Source of the DNA: a virus
Virus record (IMG/VR): IMGVR_UViG_3300048597_000624
Location: 1-64,000 of that record
Length of the DNA stretch: 64,000 bases
Direction: 5' to 3' (one strand)
Of the stretch, positions 54,710-63,859 are shown one piece after another. Position 1 is the stretch's first letter. Every line of letters begins with the position of its first letter. The position numbers were made by a program, and so were the translations under genes. Under the pieces are notes generated by a model. The model saw only the letters and a program-made list of their open reading frames with translations, was not told where the DNA came from and made no database searches.

Positions 54710-56196
54710 CGCGAATGCCTCTTGAACTGCAATTGCTTCCGCTGGGGAAGCGGCGCCTTCTTCGCAACTGGCACTTCTCCGCCTACTCGCTGCCGATCAC
54801 TATGCAATCCATATCGCAGCGCGTCAACGCAGTCATCGTTGCGCTTGAGCGGAGTGGGGGCCGCGACCTGCGGATTTATGCCGCGCCCGTTCGACCGACG
54901 CCAGCGGTAAGTTCGCATTTCCTTGGCCAGGTGCGGGCAGTTGCCGCGGTGGATCAGCAGCCGCGGCCGGTTGGTCATCGAATTGAGTTTCAGCATCGAC
55001 CGGACTGTCTCGATCCCCTTGTACACGTTGTTGTTCGCCGGCGAGACCGGGATCCCGTGGGCGGCAAAAAGGTTGATTAGGTCTGGCCGAGACGGATCCG
55101 CATAGGTCGAACCGTAGCGGGCGTTGTTCGTCGGCCAGGGGTGCCGATCCTTGATCTCGGCAATGTGGTCCAGCGCGGTCAGGTGCTGCGAGTTGTTCCA
55201 GTATTCGTCGTAGACGTGGTAGTCGCCCAGCCCATCGCGGAATAGCCACAGCGTTACGAACGGGTGTTCCGCCGACGCGCCCCAGTCGATCGAGCGGAAA
55301 TGCCAGGCACCGGGCGGGATCTCGATGTCGTCGACGAGGTGGATGCGGGGGTTGAAAGTCTGGTAGATCGAGCCTTCGTAGCTGGCAAATGCTCCCGTCT
55401 TGCGGGTTTCCAGCATTTCATCGGAGACCGACGCGAAGAACGTGTCGTACCATTCGTCCGACAGGTTCCCGCGATTCCGCTCGGTGTTGAGGCGGAAGAA
55501 CGACCAACCCTCGGGCGGATCGTCGAAAATCTCTTCAATCGGAGCCGACAACTCCGGATCGATCGGCGTAAACTCGCCCCACACGCCACCGGGGTACATG
55601 CAATCTCGGCAGCCGCGCAGCACTTCGAGGAAGATCTCGAACGGGAACTGCTCTGAGAACCAAGCGCCGCCGATCGAACTAGCCTGCATCTTGTCGCGGC
55701 CCTGCTCGTAGCTCTTGAACTCGACGATCCAGTTCTTGCCCGGGCGCCCGTGCCATGGCTTGAGCGGAACGGCGTAAGGCCAGCCGCGATTGACTCGGTA
55801 CCACTGCACGCGCTTCCAGTCGATCACGTCCTTGGGCAGGTAGCGCGAGAGCTTTTCAAACCAGCACACGCCGCAGGACTGATCGTAGGTGTTGGAGATC
55901 ACCCAGAACGGCGTATCGCGGCGTGGCGGAGGCTGGTCGAAGAGCAAGAACTTCGCGCACTTGTAGGCGCCGGCTTCGGTCTTGCCCGAGGCGTTGCCGC
56001 CGATCGCCATGGAGACGACCGACTTGGAATGTACGAACCCTTCCTGCTCGTCGTAATCGGCCGGGTTGTCGGGCCGCGGCTGGAAGGTGTACAGCGCTTG
56101 CTGGTGGAAGCGGTTGAATTCGCCGATTAGGTCATCGTCGCCGCTCGAAAGAACGACGTCCCAATCGTCGGCAGTGAAGGGTGAGGCGATGGGCAT
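54706..56196 (-). CDS. terL: Terminase large subunit
   Basis: GGNASGKT Walker A, FKSYEQG, SIDWG, YADPS, DDCVDALRYG nuclease motifs. Confidence 0.92.
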   Translation of the reverse strand: MPIASPFTADDWDVVLSSGDDDLIGEFNRFHQQALYTFQPRPDNPADYDEQEGFVHSKSVVSMAIGGNASGKTEAGAYKCAKFLLFDQPPPRRDTPFWVISNTYDQSCGVCWFEKLSRYLPKDVIDWKRVQWYRVNRGWPYAVPLKPWHGRPGKNWIVEFKSYEQGRDKMQASSIGGAWFSEQFPFEIFLEVLRGCRDCMYPGGVWGEFTPIDPELSAPIEEIFDDPPEGWSFFRLNTERNRGNLSDEWYDTFFASVSDEMLETRKTGAFASYEGSIYQTFNPRIHLVDDIEIPPGAWHFRSIDWGASAEHPFVTLWLFRDGLGDYHVYDEYWNNSQHLTALDHIAEIKDRHPWPTNNARYGSTYADPSRPDLINLFAAHGIPVSPANNNVYKGIETVRSMLKLNSMTNRPRLLIHRGNCPHLAKEMRTYRWRRSNGRGINPQVAAPTPLKRNDDCVDALRYGLHSDRQRVGGEVPVAKKAPLPQRKQLQFKRHSR

Positions 56197-56558
56197 CAGC
56201 AGTAAGCCGTAGACGTCGGACGTTTCAGGGTCGGCGGTACGCTCGGGTCATCCATCCAAGCGCGGAACTCACGAGTCTCGCCCTGGCCGTCGCACTCCGG
56301 GCAGCTTGCTCGCTTCGAGAACAACCAGCCGAGAATGCCGCGAGCGGTCGGGAGCCAGCCGCGGCCGTAGCAGCGCGAGCACGTGCGATCTGTCGGGCAG
56401 TTTGGATAGTCCATCGTGCGTTGATCGCCAGAAGACTTGACCATGGCTCGCCTCAGGTGCCGCGGAACCGGAACGGACGAACCAATCCGCTGACCCCAGA
56501 CGCCAGTACGAACGACGTCCGGTTTTGTTGGCATCGGAGGTGGTCCGTTGCGGCTCAT
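56196..56558 (-). CDS. DnaJ-type zinc-finger-like small protein
   Basis: CSRCYGRG and CPECDGQG. Confidence 0.6.
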   Translation of the reverse strand: MSRNGPPPMPTKPDVVRTGVWGQRIGSSVPVPRHLRRAMVKSSGDQRTMDYPNCPTDRTCSRCYGRGWLPTARGILGWLFSKRASCPECDGQGETREFRAWMDDPSVPPTLKRPTSTAYC

Positions 56559-56582
56559 GTCAGCCTTTCACTGAATCACTAG

Positions 56583-56619
56583 AAAAGCCCCGGGAGGTGG
56601 TTTCGGATCCTCCCGGGGC
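56583..56619 (-). terminator. Intrinsic terminator lacking the conserved leader
   Basis: GCCCCGGGAGG/CCTCCCGGGGC plus TTTTCT. Confidence 0.7.
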
Positions 56620-56638
56620 GCGTAGCAACAACAAGCCG

Positions 56639-57562
56639 CTACGCCGCTGATTCCTGCGTAGCCTTGGCCTTTTTCTTCGCCTTCGACGTCTCGCCCGATT
56701 GACGCCTCAGCATCCGCGTGACGAACTTGGTTTGGATCCCGAGATACTCGGCGATCTGCTTGGGCTCGTAGCCGCGCTGCGTCATCAACGCGACCCGTTC
56801 TTCGTCGCCGAGTTGATACTCCTCGTCATTCAGCGGGGGAGCATCCTCCGCGGAATCGAGCGGTCCGCCGTGCTCGTCATCGTCGATCGCATCCTCATCG
56901 AGATCCTCATCGTCCGGGCCGGCTTCAACCTCCGGCGCGTCGCTCTCGACCACGCCCGACGCTTCCGCCCCAGGACCGGCCATCGTCCGCATCACGCGAC
57001 TGCTGCGAGCCTTGGGAGCCTTGGCGTTGGCGGCCCGATTCGCGTTTCGCTCCAGCTTGGCTTCGAGCTCGCGCCGCTCGTCCAGGAACTGCTGGTCGCG
57101 CGTGCACAGCGTGCCAGGCTTGATGATCGACCCAGGATTTGCGATTTCTTTGTCGATGTCATCGTAGTGGATCGGCCACATGGCACTGATCTGGAGCTTA
57201 CTGACGCCGGCCTTGGCGAGCTCGGCGACGGACGGGATCGGCTCGAGCGGCTTGGGCGGGTTGAACTGCTCTCGCAATCGGAGGATGTTTTCCCACGCGC
57301 GCCAGAATCCCTCGTGCGGATTGGGATTCTTCTGGTTGTCGCGATTCTCGAATTTTTCCCACTCTTCGCTCATGCGAACCATCGCGTCGCGCATCGGCAT
57401 GCACGCCGGCGGCAGCTCCGCGTCGAACCATTTCTGGAGCATCGTTTCGAGCGACTCATAGAACTCCACGCTGGGGTATTGCGCGGGAGAGATCACGTAG
57501 GCCTCGTGAACCTCCTTGAACCCGTCGATCTGATCGAGCAGCATTTTCACTTGAGCGTTCAT
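56639..57562 (-). CDS. Hypothetical protein with acidic linker and C-terminal HTH
   Basis: GYEPKQIAEYLGIQTKFVTRML. Confidence 0.65.
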   Translation of the reverse strand: MNAQVKMLLDQIDGFKEVHEAYVISPAQYPSVEFYESLETMLQKWFDAELPPACMPMRDAMVRMSEEWEKFENRDNQKNPNPHEGFWRAWENILRLREQFNPPKPLEPIPSVAELAKAGVSKLQISAMWPIHYDDIDKEIANPGSIIKPGTLCTRDQQFLDERRELEAKLERNANRAANAKAPKARSSRVMRTMAGPGAEASGVVESDAPEVEAGPDDEDLDEDAIDDDEHGGPLDSAEDAPPLNDEEYQLGDEERVALMTQRGYEPKQIAEYLGIQTKFVTRMLRRQSGETSKAKKKAKATQESAA

Positions 57563-58194
57563 GACTGGCCCTTTCCTGGTTTGCCGTTGCCGTTGTTAGG
57601 TGAATGGCCGTTGCGGCTGGCATTCCGCGGCGGGCCGATGTTCGGTCGAGCTTGGGACGATTGAGGCTTGGACTGGGACGATTCGGGTTGCTGGGGCTCT
57701 TGCGGCTTCCTGTCGCGGAACGAATCGATCTTCTCCCGCAATTCCCGCAAAGCTTCGGACGGCGACTTGATGTCATCCGTCAAATGCGTCAGCCCCACGT
57801 TGATGTTCTCGGATCGATCGCTTTGGCCAAGATGCTGCTGGCCAAGCCACTTGAGCATGGAGGGATTGCCCTCGCGCGCGGCCTTGAATTGCAACCGCCG
57901 CAGGGACATTTTGCCGGCTTCCTGTCCGTCCTTGATGACCTGGGCGAACCGGCGCTGCAGGGTGTCTTCCGAGCAATCGAACACCGCCGCCATTTCCTTG
58001 AGCGTGCATTGAATCTTCGCCATTTCGAAGACTTGCTTCTCACTGATCTCCTTGCGCGGCCGACCGCCCGGATGCTTGGGCTTCTCGCCATCCGCTTCCG
58101 CCGGCGGAGTCGCGTTGCTCGCCTGCGAAGCCTTGGAAGCTTTCGAATTTGCTGGTTTCTTTTTTGCTGGTTTCTTCTTCGCCATGATCGTCAC
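57559..58194 (-). CDS. Putative terminase small subunit
   Basis: GRPRKEI, CTLKEMAAVFDCSEDTL HTH, MLKWLGQQHLGQSD. Confidence 0.7.
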   Translation of the reverse strand: MTIMAKKKPAKKKPANSKASKASQASNATPPAEADGEKPKHPGGRPRKEISEKQVFEMAKIQCTLKEMAAVFDCSEDTLQRRFAQVIKDGQEAGKMSLRRLQFKAAREGNPSMLKWLGQQHLGQSDRSENINVGLTHLTDDIKSPSEALRELREKIDSFRDRKPQEPQQPESSQSKPQSSQARPNIGPPRNASRNGHSPNNGNGKPGKGQS

Positions 58195-59415
58195 TTACGC
58201 CGCGATATACCGCACGCCGTTCCCTGGGGTGGGACTCATCGCATAGGTTCGCGCCGGGTCGGCCGGGTCGCCGTGCGTGGAGTGGATAATCGCCCGTTCG
58301 CCCGGCCCGAGTTCGTAGCCGCTGGATGCGTCGACGTCAGCATCTCCGATGTACACGACGTCCTCGTTCGTCGCGTCGGCGATCACTTCCAAGCGATCGT
58401 CACACGGAACCGACTGGCCGTTGATCGACAATGGGAACGCCTGCAAGTCTCGCGAGGCACCGATCCGCTGGTTGCGAGCAAAGTTGTGCAGGAACCGCCG
58501 GAAGTCGAGCTTGAGCGTGTCGGCTCCTCCAGTGGGCAGGTCGCACACTTCGCAGATATCCGATTCGCTGGGGCGCGCGTACTCAATGTCGTCGAGGTAA
58601 TCCGCCAGCATGTGGTTGACTGTTTCGAGCTCGGTCGTGGATATCGGCTTGTTCGGGTGAATCTCGTCTTCCTGGAACGCGAAGGTCGAGTCGTCTCCAC
58701 CCTCGTGCATCTGGATGACCTGGCCCCCCAGCGTGATCGTGTCGCTGGCCAGCAGTGTGGCGTAGAGCGAATCGAAATCGATCATCGGAATGCGACGTCG
58801 CTTGCACTCCAGCCGGATGCGCTCATTCAGGCGGTGGATCGCCGCATCGACCAGCAGCCGACCCGACGCATTGGGGAACAGTCCCTGCACGTAAGGCGAC
58901 TTCGAGTAGCTGATGCAGTTGCCGATGATCGGATAGCCCGTGCCGTAGCCGAGGTAATCATCAACCCCGCCGAACAGCGCCCGGAAGGCTCCATCGAGGT
59001 AATCATCGATCGTCGATTGTGCCCAGCGGCCGAGGTAAATCGACTCATACGCGACGTTCTGCAGCGGGCTGAAATCGTTCTCCAGGATGCGGAAGATCGC
59101 GACGTTCGACGTTCCCGCTTCGAGCAGAGCGCCGGCCCCCACGTCCAACCCGAGCACCGTGCGATAAATCTGATCGCCAAACAGTCCATCCACGCGATAG
59201 GCCGAAGTGACAGTCGCGCCGTGCTTGCCGGCGTAGACGTTCGCGGTCGCGCCGGCAACGGCCAGGTTGTACGGCCGGTTCGAGCCGTCGAGTTCGCCGT
59301 ACCAGTCCGGGTAATACTCGATGCCCAGGTCGTACCAGTGCTTGGCGTAGACTGGAGCGGCCGCCGCGGTGAGTGAGTTGCCGACTCCACAAGCTTTGCC
59401 GACTAATGCTGGCAT
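58195..59415 (-). CDS. SGNH/GDSL-like hydrolase with C-terminal small beta domain (start re-called at MPALVG)
   Basis: GNSLT, NLAVAGA, END, DEIHPN blocks. Confidence 0.7.
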   Translation of the reverse strand: MPALVGKACGVGNSLTAAAAPVYAKHWYDLGIEYYPDWYGELDGSNRPYNLAVAGATANVYAGKHGATVTSAYRVDGLFGDQIYRTVLGLDVGAGALLEAGTSNVAIFRILENDFSPLQNVAYESIYLGRWAQSTIDDYLDGAFRALFGGVDDYLGYGTGYPIIGNCISYSKSPYVQGLFPNASGRLLVDAAIHRLNERIRLECKRRRIPMIDFDSLYATLLASDTITLGGQVIQMHEGGDDSTFAFQEDEIHPNKPISTTELETVNHMLADYLDDIEYARPSESDICEVCDLPTGGADTLKLDFRRFLHNFARNQRIGASRDLQAFPLSINGQSVPCDDRLEVIADATNEDVVYIGDADVDASSGYELGPGERAIIHSTHGDPADPARTYAMSPTPGNGVRYIAA

Positions 59416-59419
59416 GGGA

Positions 59420-60586
59420 TCACAGGCCTCCCAGCGAGCCTTGGTCGTAGGCGAAGGCCACCACGTCGCCCACCACTCCCGAGCCGAACGTGAGGATCGC
59501 ACAGTTGTGGTTCGACTCGTAGCCGAGCGTGCCGGGATCCACTTCGCCCGAGAAGGCTACCGTCGGCACGCCCGTCTTGGTGGTGCGCGTCGTGACGAGA
59601 TACTTCGTCCCGTTCATGCGAACCTGCACGTAGCGGGTGGAGCCAGCAGTCCAGACGCCAGCTTGCGTGTTGAGGATCGTCCCGGGGGTGCCGGCGACGA
59701 CCGGACGCAGGTTGAGATTGCCCGTCGTCAACTCGCGCTCCAACAGCAGGCCGGTCGTTCCGGCGCCGTCGAGCCGAAATCCTAAAAACTCATAGCCGCC
59801 GGTGAGCGGGTTGGAGGCGGTGACCTTGAAGTCGATCACGGTATCCGCTTCACCCAAATCGAACTGAGTTCCCGACGAGAGATTGCCCGAGTTGGCGTAG
59901 AGTTCGGCGATCGTCACGCCAGCAATGGGGATCTTCCAGTTGTCGAACGAGCCGACCGCGCTGTCGTTGGCCACGGCGGAATAGAGCGTGGCGTCGGCGT
60001 TGGAGAACTCACGCAGCAAAAGCTTGTAGGTCGAAGAGAATCCGCCCCCCTTCGCGAGCATCCATGAGCCAGCGGCCCCCAGCACGATCGCAAAGCGGTA
60101 GTCATTGCCGGTGGCGATGGAGCCGACGTTGACGTTCGAGCCAGCCAGTCGAGCTTGCAGCGTGCCGGCGGACCCTCGCAGGCCTCCGCGCGGAGAGTTG
60201 TTGATCGTGGTCGAGTTCCACCAGCCCACGTACCAGTTGCCGGTTGTAGAGAGATTCAGGTCGACCGCCATTGCCAGTCCAGCGGTACGAGTTTGCGAGG
60301 TGGAAAAGTACGCGGCCAGGTCGGCGGTTGAGGCGGACGCCTGCGCGGTGAACGCGAGCCGACTCGATGCGATCGCCCAAGTGCCGTCGGCCTGAGTGAG
60401 AACCAGAGCACCTGGCCCGGGCTCCGCGGTGCGCGGGGTCGCGACTGGCGAGGCGTCGTCCGTGGTGAACTGATCGAACAGGATGTTGGTTTCAGGCGGC
60501 ACGAACGGTTCGCCGGCCGGGCTGGAGAAATACTCGCGCCGACCGCCACCGGATTTGGTCGAGCCTGCCGAACGAAAATAACCCAT
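59420..60586 (-). CDS. Beta-rich putative virion/receptor-binding protein
   Basis: Thr/Gly/Ser-rich, lectin-like composition. Confidence 0.55.
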   Translation of the reverse strand: MGYFRSAGSTKSGGGRREYFSSPAGEPFVPPETNILFDQFTTDDASPVATPRTAEPGPGALVLTQADGTWAIASSRLAFTAQASASTADLAAYFSTSQTRTAGLAMAVDLNLSTTGNWYVGWWNSTTINNSPRGGLRGSAGTLQARLAGSNVNVGSIATGNDYRFAIVLGAAGSWMLAKGGGFSSTYKLLLREFSNADATLYSAVANDSAVGSFDNWKIPIAGVTIAELYANSGNLSSGTQFDLGEADTVIDFKVTASNPLTGGYEFLGFRLDGAGTTGLLLERELTTGNLNLRPVVAGTPGTILNTQAGVWTAGSTRYVQVRMNGTKYLVTTRTTKTGVPTVAFSGEVDPGTLGYESNHNCAILTFGSGVVGDVVAFAYDQGSLGGL

Positions 60587-60610
60587 CAGGGCACCTCAGC
60601 GCCTCAGTCG

Positions 60611-60889
60611 TCAGCGAACGATGTAGCACACGCCCTGGCTGCCCGTAGAGGCGAACAAGTAAATCTCGGCGGGGTTGGCGAGGTTGCCGTGTACCGACTT
60701 GACGAACACCGATTCTCCGGCGGCGATGAAGACGCCAGTGCCAGCGTTGACGTCGGGACCGCCGACCCAAACCAAATCGTCATTGTCGACGAGCGCCTTG
60801 ATGTCCACCCCATCGACGGCGAGTGCGGAGGGCCCAAGGGCGACCGCTTCGTCCTCGATCTCGAGTTTTTGGCCAGTGACGAGAGCCAT
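60611..60889 (-). CDS. 92-aa beta-domain protein, paralog of the SGNH C-terminal domain
   Basis: NDDLVWVG...G...GE...SVHG..A.PA..Y...GV.YI shared; AAGGAG RBS. Confidence 0.7.
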   Translation of the reverse strand: MALVTGQKLEIEDEAVALGPSALAVDGVDIKALVDNDDLVWVGGPDVNAGTGVFIAAGESVFVKSVHGNLANPAEIYLFASTGSQGVCYIVR

Positions 60890-60893
60890 GTGA

Positions 60894-61289
60894 TCACCGC
60901 TCCTTGTCGGCGGGTTTCTCGGAAGAATCAGGAGATTCGAGCTTCGGCGGCTCCGTGATGATCACCGTGCCCATGCCGATGATCTTGACCGTCTCGCCCG
61001 TCTCAGAGTTGACGAAGGCCGTGTCGGTTCCGCCCATGCCCGAAGCGTGCTTGATGATCTTCGAGGCGTACCAGACGGTTTTGGAGCCGACAGGCATCAC
61101 GAGCAGCACGTGCTTGTCAGTTGGGTTGACGCGCTGGGGCTGTGGGTTGCGTCGATGCTGAGGCGGGATGTCGATCGCATGGGCGGCGCTGTCGATCGTC
61201 CGTCCCCCAGCGAGCACTGCCCACAAGATCAGGCAGGCGGCAACCGCGGCGACCATCTCACGCGACACCAGCTTCGTGATTCGATCCAT
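60894..61289 (-). CDS. Membrane-anchored hypothetical protein, first gene after attenuator D (start re-called at MDRITK)
   Basis: N-terminal TM helix; longer ORF call would run through the terminator. Confidence 0.6.
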   Translation of the reverse strand: MDRITKLVSREMVAAVAACLILWAVLAGGRTIDSAAHAIDIPPQHRRNPQPQRVNPTDKHVLLVMPVGSKTVWYASKIIKHASGMGGTDTAFVNSETGETVKIIGMGTVIITEPPKLESPDSSEKPADKER

Positions 61290-61297
61290 GCAACCCA

Positions 61298-61367
61298 CCA
61301 ACGAAAAAAGCCCGCAGGATGCTTCGCCGTGAGGCGGCACGCTGCGGGCTCGAGGTTTTCGATACCC
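61298..61367 (-). promoter_or_regulatory. Attenuator element copy D (covarying variant)
   Basis: GGGTATCGAAAACCTCGAGCCCGCAG...CTGCGGGCTTTTTTCGTTGG. Confidence 0.8.
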
Positions 61368-61391
61368 GTTCGGTTGTTTGTTCGGGAGGTC

Positions 61392-61421
61392 AGGATAGGC
61401 GCGAGGCGGCGGCGAAGTCAA
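61392..61421 (-). promoter_or_regulatory. Candidate late promoter feeding attenuator D
   Basis: TTGACT-N18-TATCCT. Confidence 0.6.
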
Positions 61422-61455
61422 GCGAGTTCGCCTAAGAGGGCCGCAAAACTATCCG

Positions 61456-62187
61456 CTACGCATCCACGATCTTGATCGGCTTGCCACTCCCGCTGGCAGG
61501 CTCGACCAGCAGCACCTGCCGTTCGGTTTTGTGGCCATCCACGTTCACGGTGATGACGCCGCGCGTCCCGCGAGGTAGCGCGACGGGATTGCTAAAAACG
61601 ATCTCGTCCGGACCGACGTGGGACAGGCAATGGAGGTCGGTGACGGCGAAGGAGAGGACGACGCGCGCGGAGTGGGACTGAGAATGAGATTCGCCACTCT
61701 TGTCGCCTGCCTCCTCTGGCGTGATCGTAACCCAAGCCTGAACTTGAGAGCCGAATCTCATATCGACCCATGGCATCCAGTCGGCGTTGTCGTAAACGTA
61801 CACGTCCTTCGAGTTGTTGTTGTGCTTTCTGATCGCCGCGTCAACGTAGAGTTGCCGCTCTGGTCGCATGTATGTTCGGACCTGCCTGAGAAGATACTCC
61901 TTCAAGTCTGGATCGCACTTGTCGAGCAACTTGTGATAGATCAGGAGTCCAGGACTTCGCAGGCCGTTTGGCATTGTTGCCATGGCTTCGAGTTCTTGGA
62001 TCGTTGGAGTTTGTTCCGCATGTCTCAGTAGCACGTAGAGGGCTTCGAGGTCTTTGCTGTCGAGCTGCAACGTTTCGTTTGCGGAGTCAAATTTGCTGGC
62101 TTCGTGATCGCCACGAAGTCTGTCAATTGCTTCCTGAACGGTTTGTTCCTTGCGACGTGCTTTGCGTTCATCATCCGTCGGCTTCAC
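61456..62187 (-). CDS. Hypothetical protein (start re-called at GTG, VKPTDD)
   Basis: GTGA overlap with upstream stop. Confidence 0.55.
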   Translation of the reverse strand: MKPTDDERKARRKEQTVQEAIDRLRGDHEASKFDSANETLQLDSKDLEALYVLLRHAEQTPTIQELEAMATMPNGLRSPGLLIYHKLLDKCDPDLKEYLLRQVRTYMRPERQLYVDAAIRKHNNNSKDVYVYDNADWMPWVDMRFGSQVQAWVTITPEEAGDKSGESHSQSHSARVVLSFAVTDLHCLSHVGPDEIVFSNPVALPRGTRGVITVNVDGHKTERQVLLVEPASGSGKPIKIVDA

Positions 62188-62450
62188 TCCGCACCGCCTT
62201 TCTGGCGGTCCAGTATCTCCGACAGCCAACTCGGAATTCGTTGCGGATGATAGTACGCTTCCATTGCCAAGCGTACACGCTCCCGCTCCTTCCGCACCGC
62301 CTCTTGCACCTTCGCTTCCACGTCCGCCCCGGCGTTGATTTGTGCGGCAAGTGATTCCCCGTCCCAGTCTCGAATTGACTGAGCGTGCCAACTGCTACCG
62401 TCCGATCCTTGGATATCTACACCAGAACGCCTAACCGTTGCCCAAAACAT
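62184..62450 (-). CDS. Hypothetical early protein
   Basis: AGGAG RBS before MFWATV. Confidence 0.5.
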   Translation of the reverse strand: MFWATVRRSGVDIQGSDGSSWHAQSIRDWDGESLAAQINAGADVEAKVQEAVRKERERVRLAMEAYYHPQRIPSWLSEILDRQKGGAE

Positions 62451-62775
62451 CGCCGCTCTCCTTTCGCTGGTTGATTGCAACCGACAATTCGCATGCGGCT
62501 GAGAAGAATGCACCGGACAGCCCGTGCAACTCCTCTGGCAAGTCATCCAATGCGGAGCGTGAGTACATGCTCACTATGTCTGCCAACATTCCTATTCGAC
62601 TTCCGGCATGGAACAGTGCCGTTGCAACTGCCTCGTCAAAGTTAGGGCAGGTCGCCGTGAACGATATTGCGCATTGCCGCTCGTCTGGCTCTTGCGCAAT
62701 CGTTACCGTCCATCTACCTTCCCGCAGGTCCATCAGGGGGCTCCTTTCAACTCTTCGTCTCTTCTCCTTCTCCAA
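62431..62775 (-). CDS. Hypothetical early protein
   Basis: Tiled ORF; start uncertain. Confidence 0.5.
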   Translation of the reverse strand: MEKEKRRRVERSPLMDLREGRWTVTIAQEPDERQCAISFTATCPNFDEAVATALFHAGSRIGMLADIVSMYSRSALDDLPEELHGLSGAFFSAACELSVAINQRKESGDVLGNG

Positions 62776-62951
62776 ATACTTCCGTCCGCTCTCACTACCT
62801 TGTCCTCATTCAACCTTTTCCACATAAACTCTCCGCAATCTTTACAAACCACCGTATAGATTTTGTCCGGTGCTGGGTCAGTAGTAGGCTCTACATTGCT
62901 GGACCTACAACGGTGGCATGTAACCGGATCGCCTCTGTCAAATAGAGCCAT
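62733..62951 (-). CDS. Small zinc-ribbon protein (start re-called at MALFDR)
   Basis: CHRC...CKDC; start supplied by the junction repeat. Confidence 0.55.
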   Translation of the reverse strand: MALFDRGDPVTCHRCRSSNVEPTTDPAPDKIYTVVCKDCGEFMWKRLNEDKVVRADGSIWRRRRDEELKGAP

Positions 62952-62955
62952 CCCC

Positions 62956-63120
62956 TCACTCCTCCCGCCGCAAGTGAACGCCTTCGGAAATTGCAATCGC
63001 CAATCGTTCAAGTATGCCATCAGCAACCGCGTTGTACTCATGGTCGCCTGACTGCAATGGAAGTTGTTCCCGAAAATACTTGATTAACTGCAAGATTGGC
63101 TCTCTCTCGCTTAGGTCCAT
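62956..63120 (-). CDS. 54-aa protein missing from ORF track, ends RREE
   Basis: MDLSEREPILQLIKYF...VHLRREE; TGATG coupling to upstream gene. Confidence 0.55.
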   Translation of the reverse strand: MDLSEREPILQLIKYFREQLPLQSGDHEYNAVADGILERLAIAISEGVHLRREE

Positions 63121-63404
63121 CACGCCAACTCCTTCGGTACGTCAATCTCAAACGTAAACGGCTGCATCACATGTCCTTGGTCAAACGCGAGTAGCCACGT
63201 TGCCGCTTTGATCGGCATTGGTGCTCGGTGGTAAGTCTGCCCCCAGATCAGCGATGCAAACTGATGGCACACTGTTACCTCTGTGGGACGGAATCTACGC
63301 TGCAAGGCTCGTGCAATCGGGCACGTTCGGCAGTTAGCCCGCAGGCCCGCTGCAATATCGCCTTTGGTTACTCGAATCTTCACTGTTACCTCGTCCACAA
63401 TCAC
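63120..63404 (-). CDS. Hypothetical early protein
   Basis: CPIARAL motif; GTGA overlap inside junction repeat. Confidence 0.55.
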   Translation of the reverse strand: MIVDEVTVKIRVTKGDIAAGLRANCRTCPIARALQRRFRPTEVTVCHQFASLIWGQTYHRAPMPIKAATWLLAFDQGHVMQPFTFEIDVPKELA

Positions 63405-63718
63405 TCCTCCCGCCGCTTGAACTTTTCGGTCGGCTCCTCGTCGCCGTTATCAACTCGCGCTTGGCGATAAGCGTCCCGACATGGCTCGCACCAGTCGCCG
63501 TCGGTCACGCCGTGCTCGCAAATTCCGGCATTCTCCAAGTGCTCTTGGTAGGCCTTGTGGATCTCAGCCGCGCACTCAATGCACACGAATCCGCCTCGCT
63601 CCAGGACAACGCCGTCATTGCCACCAAGCACCGTCGCCACCTTGCAAACGTCGCAATGCACGGTGTCCTCGATCACAGCATTGTCGAATTCTTCCTGCGT
63701 TGGTTGGTCCCAGCTCAT
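63401..63718 (-). CDS. Cys-rich zinc-finger-like early protein, ends RREE
   Basis: CDVC, CIEC, CEH...CEPC. Confidence 0.6.
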   Translation of the reverse strand: MSWDQPTQEEFDNAVIEDTVHCDVCKVATVLGGNDGVVLERGGFVCIECAAEIHKAYQEHLENAGICEHGVTDGDWCEPCRDAYRQARVDNGDEEPTEKFKRREE

Positions 63719-63739
63719 GCAATCACTCCTCCCGCCGAC

Positions 63740-63859
63740 CTACGGCAGCGTCTCGCCAACATTCACGCCAACACTTCCGTCACCTTCGCAATTTGGGCAG
63801 AACGGTTCTCCGTCCTCATCCTCTTCCATCGGATAGCCGCACTGATCGCACATATCCAT
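63740..63859 (-). CDS. Tiny zinc-ribbon protein (MDMCDQCG...CPNC)
   Basis: Bounded on both sides by junction repeats. Confidence 0.5.
   Translation of the reverse strand: MDMCDQCGYPMEEDEDGEPFCPNCEGDGSVGVNVGETLP

Noticed and set aside
56583-56619. Terminator before the terminase block as a fifth attenuator copy
   Set aside because: No conserved leader; its presence means local RAT-like gating may not explain all late read-through
57604-59376. 590-aa plus-strand ORF
   Set aside because: Antisense shadow of terminase small subunit and SGNH genes; typical of high-GC coding DNA, no motifs
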